A program made the position numbers and the translations under genes. The notes beneath the pieces were generated by a model, which saw nothing but the letters and a program-made list of their open reading frames with translations, had not been told where the DNA came from and did no database searches. Shown one piece after another: positions 10,004 to 18,386 of a stretch of 64,000 nucleotides of DNA. The stretch is from an uncultured Verrucomicrobiae bacterium (lineage in GTDB: Bacteria > Verrucomicrobiota > Verrucomicrobiia > Chthoniobacterales > UBA10450): assembly GCA_963834385.1 (NCBI GenBank), contig CAWIBO010000002.1:896001-960000 (forward strand), written 5' to 3'. How positions within the stretch are numbered: position 1 is the first letter of the stretch; each line of letters begins with the position of its first letter.

Positions 10004-10711
10004 GCGATGGCTCCGGCATGCCCGCTGTTTCCGTCGTGGTCCCTCTCTATAACGAGGAGGAGAACGTCCCCATCCTCCAGCGCGAACTGGAGTCGGCCCT
10101 CGGCGCCTTCGATTACGAGATCGTTTTTGTCGATGACGGCAGCCGGGACGGGACCGTGGCGCGGATCAACCAGGACGGGGGCCGGGTGCGCGTCCTTCAA
10201 TTTGAAAAAAACGCGGGGCAAAGCGCGGCCATGTATGCCGGGCTGCAGGCCGCGCGCGGGCGCATTCTCGTGCTGATCGATGGCGACCTGCAAAACGACC
10301 CGGCCGATATTCCCGGGGCTGGTGGCGGAGGTGGAGCGCGGGGCCGACCTCGTCTGCGGCTATCGCGCCCGGCGCAAGGACACGGTGGTGAAACGGATCA
10401 CCAGCCGCGTGGCCAACGCGGTGCGCAGCCGGTTCACCCGGGATGGCGTGCGCGACACCGGCTGCACCCTCAAGGCCATGAAGCGGGAATGCGCCGGCGC
10501 GCTTGTTCCCTTCAAGGGGATGCACCGGTTCATTCCTGCCCTGATCAAGGGCGCCGGCTATCGGCTGGTCGAGATGCCGGTCAACCATCGCCCGCGGCAG
10601 TTTGGCCAGAGCAAGTATGGGCTGGGCAATCGCGCCCTCCGGGCCACGATCGACATGCTTGGCGTGCGCTGGCTGCTTTCCCGGCAGTTGAACCATAAAA
10701 TCCGCTCGTGA
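10000..10711 (+). CDS. GT2 polyprenol-phosphate glycosyltransferase (DPM/ArnC-like), frameshift near 10315
   Basis: VSVVVPLYNEEEN, VDDGSRD, DGDLQNDP, DTGCTLKA, HRFIP, HRPRQFGQSKY. Confidence 0.9.
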
Positions 10712-10739
10712 CCCGCGGGCGGAACCGGGAAATCGCACC

Positions 10740-10767
10740 TTGTCTTGGCCAAGGGCCGCGATAAGCT
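10740..10767 (+). promoter_or_regulatory. Putative sigma70 promoter
   Basis: TTGTCT-N16-TAAGCT in the intergenic region, followed by AAGGGGAGTAG. Confidence 0.35.
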
Positions 10768-10785
10768 TGCCCTCCCACAAGGGGA

Positions 10786-11148
10786 GTAGAGCGAAAAGAG
10801 GGCTGTATTGACCCCGAGACCCAGCGCGAGCGCAAGCACCACCACCGCGGTAAACCCGGGATTTTTGCGCAAGAGGCGCAGGCCATGACGCGAATCCTGC
10901 AAAAATTCCTCCAGCCAGCGCAGACCCCGCGCCTCGCGGCACTCCTCCTTGCGTTGCTCGAGGCCGCCCAGTTCCAGCGCGGCCTGGCGCTGCGCCTCCG
11001 GCAAATCGAGGCCGTCGGCCAGACCGCGCTCGATTTCCTGCTCGAGATGATGTCGCAGTTCTTCGTGCAACTCCCTTTCCACAGCGCTGCGACGGAAAAA
11101 TGAGCGCAGCCGGAGCGAGCCCATGCGAAACCAGCGCGCGACGCTCAT
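10786..11148 (-). pseudogene. N-terminal fragment of an ADOP-type (MacB-like) ABC permease
   Basis: LRSFFRRSAVERELHEELRHHLE...FLQDSRHGLRLLRKNPGFTAVVVLALALGLGVNTALFSL; homology stops after ~120 aa. Confidence 0.85.
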
Positions 11149-11290
11149 GAGGCTTCCTTCAAGCGGATGACGCTCCCGATGGCCTGCGAGAGGCGTTCCC
11201 AGTTTGCCGTCTCGCGCGCGAGATGACGGCGTCCGGAGGAAGTCAGCGTGTAAAACTTGGCGCGCCGGTTGTTCTCGGTCGGTTTCCATC
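11145..11290 (-). pseudogene. C-terminal half of a PadR-family regulator
   Basis: WKPTENNRRAKFYTLTSSGRRHLARETANWERLSQAI; ATGA overlap with the permease fragment; N-terminal half absent. Confidence 0.85.
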
Positions 11291-11292
11291 CC

Positions 11293-11757
11293 ATGTCGCT
11301 GGCCAGTCTTCTTTCTGCCGACCAGATCATCCCCGAGATGAGCGCGACCGATCGTTGGACCGCCATCGTCGAGCTGGTCGATCTGCTCGCCGCGCGGCAA
11401 CAGATCAAGCCGGAGGACCGCGACAGCATCCTCGCCGCGCTCAAGCAACGGGAAGAAACCATGAGCACCGGGATCGGCTTCGGCATCGCCATCCCGCACG
11501 CTTCCTCCGATCGCATCAGCGAGGTCATCGCCGCTTTCGGCCGCTCTTCCGCCGGGATCGAGTTCGATGCCCTTGATAACGCCCCGGTCCGGTTTGTGGT
11601 CCTTTTTGTCGTCCCGAAGAACCAGTTCCAGACCCATCTCCGCACTCTCGCCTCCATCGCCAAGTTCCTGAACGACCGCACCGTGCGCGACAGCCTTGCC
11701 GAGGCCGGCTCGGCCGACGAGATCCTCGCGGTCTTCCGCGATCACACGCAAAAATAA
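11293..11757 (+). CDS. PTS IIA-like (Fru/Ntr-type) protein
   Basis: REETMSTGIGFGIAIPH, GIEFDALD, HLRTLA. Confidence 0.92.
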   Translation: MSLASLLSADQIIPEMSATDRWTAIVELVDLLAARQQIKPEDRDSILAALKQREETMSTGIGFGIAIPHASSDRISEVIAAFGRSSAGIEFDALDNAPVRFVVLFVVPKNQFQTHLRTLASIAKFLNDRTVRDSLAEAGSADEILAVFRDHTQK

Positions 11758-11775
11758 CGCGGGACGCGCGCCGCC

Positions 11776-13485
11776 ATGCAAACGTTTCAGGCGATACTCG
11801 CCCGCCGGGTCATTGATGCGCTCCGCGACCTCGGTCTGCCGGAAGCCGGCGATGTCACCCCCTCAGCCGATGGCCGCTTCGGCGATTACCAGTCGAACGC
11901 CGCCCTGATCCTGGCCAAACAGCGCCGGGAGAACCCGCGCGAGCTCGCGGAAAAAATCGCGGCGCAAATCAAGGTGGAGGATCTGTGCGCGGCCGCGCCC
12001 TCGGTCGCTGGGGCCGGTTTCATCAACTTCACCATCAAGGCCGCGGCCGCCGGCGCGCGCCTGCTCGATCTCCTGCAGGACGACCGACTCGGTGTCGCGC
12101 CCGTGGAAGCCCCGCGCCGAATCGTGATCGATTTCGGTTCGCCCAACGTGGCCAAGCCGATGCACATCGGTCACATCCGCAGCAATACCCTCGGCGACGC
12201 CCTGGCCCGCATCGCCGCCTTCCTCGGCCACGACGTCATCCGCGACAATCATCTCGGCGACTGGGGCACGCAGTTCGGCATGGTCATCCACGGCTGGAAA
12301 CATCTGCTCGATCGCGAGGCCCTGGCCCGCGACCCGATCGCGGAGCTGGTGCGGATCTACAAGGAGACGAATGAGAAAGCCGCAGCCGACGAGGCCGTGC
12401 GCGAGGTTTGTCGGGAAGAGCTGGTCCGATTGCAGGCCGGCGAAGCGGAGAACACCGCCATCTGGCAGGAATGCGTAAAGCTCTCCCTCGGGGAATTCGA
12501 GGCCACCTACGCGCTCCTCGACATTCACTACGACATCCAGCGCGGGGAAAGCTTTTATAACGACCGTCTCGCCGGCGTGGTCGAGCGCCTGCTGCAAAAA
12601 GGAATCGCCGAGCCGAGCGAAGGCGCCGTGGTGGTCTTCTTTCGCGATATCCCCGATCTCGCCGACAAACCGTGCATCATCCGAAAACGCGACGGCGGCT
12701 TCAATTACGCCACGAGCGACGTCGCCACGATTGATTACCGCCTCGACGATCTTGGACGCGACACCCTCTGGTACGTGGTGGGCGCGCCCCAGACCCTGCA
12801 CTTCCGCCAGATCTTCGAGATCGCCCGGCGCGAAGGACGCGTGGCTGATTTTCGCCACATCCCTTTTGGCAGCATCCTCGGGGAGAACCGCAAACTGATG
12901 CGGACCCGTTCGGGCGAAAGCGTTTCCCTCAGCGATGTGCTCGACGAGGCCATGGAACGCGCCCGCAAAATCGTCGAGGAGAAAAGTCCCGAACTCAGCG
13001 CGGACGAGAAGGCCAGGATCGCGCGCATCCTCGGGATCGGCGCCATCAAGTACGCCGAGCTCTCGCAATACCGTATGACCGACTACGTTTTTTCCTGGGA
13101 CCGGATGCTTTCCTTCCAAGGGAACACCGCGCCCTACCTGCAGAACGCCTACGTCCGGATCCAGTCGATTTTCCGCAAGGCCGGCGAAGTTCCGGCGAGG
13201 CCCGCGGAGGTTTCGCTGACGGAACCGGCGGAGGAAATGCTGGCGAAGAAACAGGCGCAGTTTGCCGAGATGGTGCCCGCCGTTTTGAACGATTTTCGGC
13301 CGAACCTGCTGGCCAGTTACCTTTTTGAGCTGGCCAACCAGTTCCACGCCTTTTACGAGGCCTGCCCCGTCCTGAAGGCGGAGGAACCGGCGCGCGCCAC
13401 CCGGCTCGCCCTCTGCACCCTCACCGCCCGCATCCTGCACCGGGGCCTGGAACTTCTCGGGATCGAGGTGCCGGAGCGGATGTGA
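11776..13485 (+). CDS. argS: Arginine--tRNA ligase
   Basis: SPNVAKPMHIGH, NHLGDWGTQFG, GNTAPYLQNAYVRI. Confidence 0.97.
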   Translation: MQTFQAILARRVIDALRDLGLPEAGDVTPSADGRFGDYQSNAALILAKQRRENPRELAEKIAAQIKVEDLCAAAPSVAGAGFINFTIKAAAAGARLLDLLQDDRLGVAPVEAPRRIVIDFGSPNVAKPMHIGHIRSNTLGDALARIAAFLGHDVIRDNHLGDWGTQFGMVIHGWKHLLDREALARDPIAELVRIYKETNEKAAADEAVREVCREELVRLQAGEAENTAIWQECVKLSLGEFEATYALLDIHYDIQRGESFYNDRLAGVVERLLQKGIAEPSEGAVVVFFRDIPDLADKPCIIRKRDGGFNYATSDVATIDYRLDDLGRDTLWYVVGAPQTLHFRQIFEIARREGRVADFRHIPFGSILGENRKLMRTRSGESVSLSDVLDEAMERARKIVEEKSPELSADEKARIARILGIGAIKYAELSQYRMTDYVFSWDRMLSFQGNTAPYLQNAYVRIQSIFRKAGEVPARPAEVSLTEPAEEMLAKKQAQFAEMVPAVLNDFRPNLLASYLFELANQFHAFYEACPVLKAEEPARATRLALCTLTARILHRGLELLGIEVPERM

Positions 13486-13567
13486 GCGCTGATTTGCGCT
13501 TGAGCCCGCGTCGTTGTAAGGAATCCGCCCCTCGAACCCGTTCGTTCACCTCAACTTTTCCCGACCC

Positions 13568-14125
13568 ATGGCAGCAGCAAACGACCTCCGTAAAGGCCAG
13601 GCGATCAAATACAATGGCAACACCGCCATCGTCCTCGACGTCCAGCATCGCACCCCGGGCAACCTTCGCGCCTTCGTCCAGGCCATCATCCGCTACATCA
13701 ACACCGGCAAAAGCGCCGACGTCCGCTTCGGCAGCACCGACAAGGTGGAGCTGGTCGACATCGAGCGGAAGACGCTCGAGTTCAGTTACAAGGATAACAC
13801 TGGCATCCATTTCATGGACCCGCAGACCTATGAGACCGTCACCCTGCAGGAAAACCTGCTCGAGGAGGCCCAGGGTTATTTGGTGGAAAATCTCCCCGTG
13901 GAAGTGCTTTACGCCGAAGGGCGCGCCGTCCAGGTCGAGCTCCCTTCCTCCGTCAGCCTGAAAGTGACCGAGTCACCCGAAGGCCTCCGCGGCGACACCG
14001 CCAGCAACGTGACCAAGCCCGCCCTGCTCGAGACCGGCAAAACGGTCAACGTTCCTCTCTTCATCAACGAAGGCGAAACGATCAAGATCGATACCCGCAC
14101 CGGCACCTACATGGGCCGCGCCTAG
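13568..14125 (+). CDS. efp: Elongation factor P
   Basis: HRTPGNLRAF, FMDPQTYE, RGDTA...KPA.LETG, VPLFI, DTRTG.Y.GRA. Confidence 0.97.
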   Translation: MAAANDLRKGQAIKYNGNTAIVLDVQHRTPGNLRAFVQAIIRYINTGKSADVRFGSTDKVELVDIERKTLEFSYKDNTGIHFMDPQTYETVTLQENLLEEAQGYLVENLPVEVLYAEGRAVQVELPSSVSLKVTESPEGLRGDTASNVTKPALLETGKTVNVPLFINEGETIKIDTRTGTYMGRA

Positions 14126-14134
14126 GCGCAAAAC

Positions 14135-14520
14135 GAATCAGGAAAGCAGGAACCAAGGAATTTACCGCCCCTTGCTGGCGTTCCTGGCTTCCAAATTCCC
14201 TTCCCCTCTCCGCGACCTCCGCGCCCACCGCGTGAGGCTCCCCGGTTCCGCCAACCCCGGTAGGGCGCCCTACACCAAACGGAGAAGAATCAGGAAAGCA
14301 GGAACCCAGGAAAACTCACCGGTGGTCCCCTTCCTGCGTTCCTGGTTTCCAAATTCGCTCTTCTCCCTCCGCGACCTCAGCGTGAGGCTCGCCCGTTCCC
14401 CTAATCCCTGGAGCGCGTCCTACACTAAACCAAGAGGAATCCGGAAAGTGGGAAACCACCAAAACTCACCAGTCTTCCCCTTCCTGCGTTCCTGGTTTCC
14501 AAATTCGTTTCCCTCTGCCT
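14135..14520. repeat. ~2.5 tandem copies of a ~150-bp composite palindromic unit
   Basis: Units start with GAATC(A/C)GGAAAG at 14135, 14287 and 14437. Each contains TTCCTGG(C/T)TTCCAAATTC; the first two also contain CTCCGCGACCTC...GCGTGAGGCTC and CCTACAC. Confidence 0.9.
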
Positions 14521-14556
14521 AAGCTCCCGTGATCCCATGAACCCGGCAGCCTTCTG

Positions 14557-15375
14557 ATGAGCCCCCGCAAGAGGTCCACCCGAGTTCGGCCCCAACCGCG
14601 CGGCCGGGTGAAGATCCCTCCCTACGTCGTCCCAACCACGCGCCGACCACCCGGGCCGGAGCCGCTCATGGTGCCGACCAAATGGGTCAAATTCATCGTT
14701 GCCCTCTTCCTGCTCCCGATCTGTCTGATCCTGAGCCAGACCTTTTTCACCGTCTTCACCCGGGCGACCATGACGCAGCGCCTCTGGGCGGGGGAAGAGT
14801 TCTGGTTCTTTTCCCTCGGCGTCGTTCTCTGGCTGATCGCCTTCTTTGGATTGCCCCGTCCGCTGGTCCTTTATGTTTTCGGCCACGAACTGACCCACGC
14901 GCTCTGGGTCTGGCTCATGGGCGGACGGGTCTCGCAGTTTCGCGTCAGCCGGGAAGGCGGACATATCGTGACTGACCGGAACAATTTCTGGATTGCGCTC
15001 ACCCCCTACTTCATCCCGATCTACAGCATCCTGGCGCTCGCGGCCTATGGAGTGGCCAGCCTGTTCACCGGGATGCAGCCTTACGGCCGCCTGCTCTATG
15101 CGGTGATCGGCGTGACCTGGGCTTTCCACTTCACCTTTACCTGCTCGATGATCCCGAAGAAACAGAGCGATCTCTCGGAGAACGGGACCTTTTTCTCCCT
15201 CGTCCTTATCTACCTGATGAACCTGCTCCTGCTCGTTTTCATGCTCATCATTGCCTCGACGGAGGTGAGCTTCGCCAACTTCGGCCTCGAGCTCGGCGCC
15301 AATCTTGGCCGGTTCGCCGACAACGTTCTCCTGCTCTTCGACCGTTTTGCGCGCGGCGCGCACTCCCCTTACTGA
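14557..15375 (+). CDS. Membrane protein with HExxH motif (M50-like metallopeptidase)
   Basis: GHELTHALW, ALTPYF, QSDL, multiple TM helices. Confidence 0.65.
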   Translation: MSPRKRSTRVRPQPRGRVKIPPYVVPTTRRPPGPEPLMVPTKWVKFIVALFLLPICLILSQTFFTVFTRATMTQRLWAGEEFWFFSLGVVLWLIAFFGLPRPLVLYVFGHELTHALWVWLMGGRVSQFRVSREGGHIVTDRNNFWIALTPYFIPIYSILALAAYGVASLFTGMQPYGRLLYAVIGVTWAFHFTFTCSMIPKKQSDLSENGTFFSLVLIYLMNLLLLVFMLIIASTEVSFANFGLELGANLGRFADNVLLLFDRFARGAHSPY

Positions 15376-18261
15376 GTCGCCAGCGCGGCAAACGGAAAAT
15401 CGGCCAGCGCCTCGGCCAGAACAAGCTGCGCGCCGTCCTGTTGAAACACGCGCCCGGTGTGAAGATCGCGCCATGTCGCTCCGGCCAGGTCCGGCGGCAG
15501 TTCAACCGCCGTCTCCAGCCAGCGCTCGCCCACGGGCGGAAACCCGACCCGCGAGGAAAGCCGCGGCGTCACCACGATCAGCGTTTTTCCTTCATGCCGG
15601 CGCGCGTAAGCGACCACGGAGTCGGCGTGACTGCCGGAAGCCGTCAGCGCCTCGTAACTGCCGCTGCAAAACAGCCCGGGATGCTCGCGCCGGAAATGGA
15701 GCAGGCGCGTCGTGGCCAAAAGCTTGATCCGCCCATCCGGCCAGTTCTCGAGCAGCTCGGCCGGGCGCGCTCCCGCCAGGGCCGACAGCATCTGGCGGCG
15801 CCGCTCGTAGTCCACCGGCCGGCGATTGTCGGGATCCACCATGCTGTCGTCCCAGATTTCGGTTCCCTGATAAAAATCGGGCACGCCCGGCACGGTCAGT
15901 TTCCGGATGGTCTGCGCTGAGTGAGTTGATTGCCCCCAGTCGCGCCAGCTCGCCGGCAAACGGGAGAAAGGCGCGGAACGAGTTGTTGCGCGATCCCGGG
16001 GCGAGCAGCTTTCGCGATGAACTCGCCGACCGCGTTGTCCCAGGCCTCATTGGGCTGGATCCAGCTCGTGTTGAGCTTGGCCTCCTTCAGCGCCTTCGCC
16101 ATGTAGGCCTGGATTCGCTCGATATAATTCCCGTCCACTTCCGGCGCCGGTTCCCCGTTCGCCTGCAGCGGCCAGGTCCCGAGGAGAATCTGGTAAAAGA
16201 GATATTCCTCGTTCGCATCCGGCGCTTCCTCCTCCTCCAGGCGCGTCTTGTGGCGCCGGTTGAGCGTGCGCCATTTTTGCAGGCCGCTCCGCCAGGCACG
16301 CGGTTGCTCCGAGATCGCCGCCATGCGCGCCCGCACATCCTCGCTCCGCTTGGTGTCGTGCGTGGAGGTGGTCAGGAGCGAGTGCGGCCATTTCTCCGCG
16401 CCGGTCTGCGTTCCGCTCGTGAAACTCCGCGAGGGACAATCCGAAACGCTGGGGTTCGCCCCCAACCTCGTTCAGCGCCACCAGCCGGTTGTAGATATAG
16501 AAGGCCGTGTCCTCGAGACCCTTGGCCATGATCGGCCCGGTCGCCTGTTGAAACTTGAGCACAAATGTTCGTGGTCGCGCGCGCCTCGTCATCCAGGTGT
16601 CTCCGGGAAACGGAACAACAGGACGTCGCGCAGGAAATTGAAGACCGATTCCTCCAGCGCCGGGTTCCGGCGTTTGGCCGACGCTGACCGCGCGCTCCAC
16701 CACCAGCCTGTCCTCCTCGCTGACCGGCCGACCCGGGGCGAGATAGGTGCGGTAGACCGGGAAACAGGCAATGATTTCGCGCACCGCGTGGTTCAGCGCG
16801 TCGAGGGTGAAATCGCGGAACCAGCGGTTCTGTTCCGAGAGTCGATCGAGCATGCTCCCGAGCACGTTCACGTCGTTGGCCAGGGAAAGCCGCATCACCA
16901 GCCGCTTCTTCGCGTAGACCAGGTGCCCGAAATGCAGGTTGTGCCCGAGGAAACGCTTGAAGATCGCCGCTGATCGTCCGTCTCGGCCGAGTGTCCACCA
17001 GCAGCCCGACCGCGTCGTTCGTGAAATCGTATCCGGTGGTCCCGTGCACCGGCCATTCCGCGCGCAGTTTCTCGTGGCCGCTCAGGATCTTCTCGATCAG
17101 CAGGTAAATGAACGCGCCGTCCGGCCCCGGCTTCCCGCTGCCTGACCTCGGCACAGACGCTGCTGCAGTTTCTCGAAATATTCGCGTGGACGATAAAGAC
17201 CGTCCGGATGATCGATGCGCAATCCGGTGATGGCGCCCTCCGCCACCAGTTGCAAGAGCAGGCCGTGGGTGGCCTCGAAGACCTCGGGCAATTCCATCCG
17301 GATCGCGGCGAGGTCGTTGACGTCGAAGAACCGCCGGTAATTGATCTCCTCCGCCGCGACCCGCCAGAAAGCAGAGACGGTAAGCTTGCGCGTTCGAGCA
17401 CTCGTGCGAGCAGATCAAAGCGTCGCGGGTCGCCGGCCGTGCCGTTGATCTTCTCGACCGCCTGCTCCATGGCCGTCGCGCACGCCGGCGCCTCGTGCGC
17501 GCCGCTCGAGACGCCGTTTGACGATCTCTTTCTCGCGCGCCCGCTCGGCGATTGTTTCGGGTCCGTCTCGCTGCGCTTCGGCAGGTACTCGAGCGCGGTC
17601 CGGATGCTCTGGAGCTCGGAAACGGGTGACCAGCGTCTTGATGCTCACCGTAGCGGTGGAATCTCCGCCCTGCGGATACGCCAAGAATTTCGAGCACGAC
17701 CTGCAGGATTTGCCCGTAGCTCCGCGGGTGATCGGGAACGGTTGTCAAAGTAATGGAGACAAAACGCGCCGCCCTCGTAGGCCAGCTTCAGCTCGCCGCG
17801 CTCCAGCACGCGCCCGTATTGGTCGCCCAGCATCGGCAGCAGCACGCGGTTGTCGAGTTCGCCCTTCAGCGGATGCAAGTCAATGTCGAAGTAGCGGCGC
17901 GTAAATCGAGCTCGGCCCGTTCTCGAGCACGTCCATCCACCAGAGTTGGTCGGCTCGCCGATGCCCATGTGGTTCGGCACGAAATCGACGATCAACCCAT
18001 CCCGTGACGCTGCAGTTCCGCGCACACGCGTCGAAATCCTCCGGCGTACCGATCTCCGCGATTCAGCTGGTTGTGATCGATGACGTCGTAGCCATGCATG
18101 CTGCCCGCACCGCGCGGAAATACGGCGACGCATACACGTCGGTGATACCAAGGTCGTGCAGGTAGGACACGATTCCTGCGCGCTCCCGGAACGTGAAACT
18201 CCTTGTTGAACTGCAACCGGTAGGTGGCTGACGGAATGCGTGGCTGGACGGGGTCTGGCAT
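15369..18261 (-). CDS. treY: Malto-oligosyltrehalose synthase, many frameshifts
   Basis: [87 protein letters not shown], spread over several frames. Confidence 0.92.
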
Positions 18262-18386
18262 GCGAAAAGGGGGGCTATTCTGATCGTTCAATTATCGCTC
18301 CCCGACAAGGGAGAGGCCGGCCCGGCGGCGAAAACGGGGCAGATACCGCTTTTCTCAGGCGCGCCCTTGGCTAGCGTTGCCGCCCG

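Noticed and set aside
7488..10052. Novel PAP2-ArnT fusion protein (854 aa)
   Set aside because: An ATGA overlap at 8412-8415 and a plausible +1-frame PAP2 ending (RHPRLCPPLP*) suggest one indel joined two genes.
10778..10830. yybP-ykoY Mn riboswitch (AAGGGGAGTAG start)
   Set aside because: Only the 5' motif matches; the downstream sequence is the antisense ADOP fragment. It could be a truncated remnant but cannot be supported without a covariance-model search.
14135..14520. CRISPR array (also considered for 2467-2722 and 36780-37170)
   Set aside because: Only 2-3 units with ~150-bp period, the 'spacers' are homologous to each other, and no cas genes are present.
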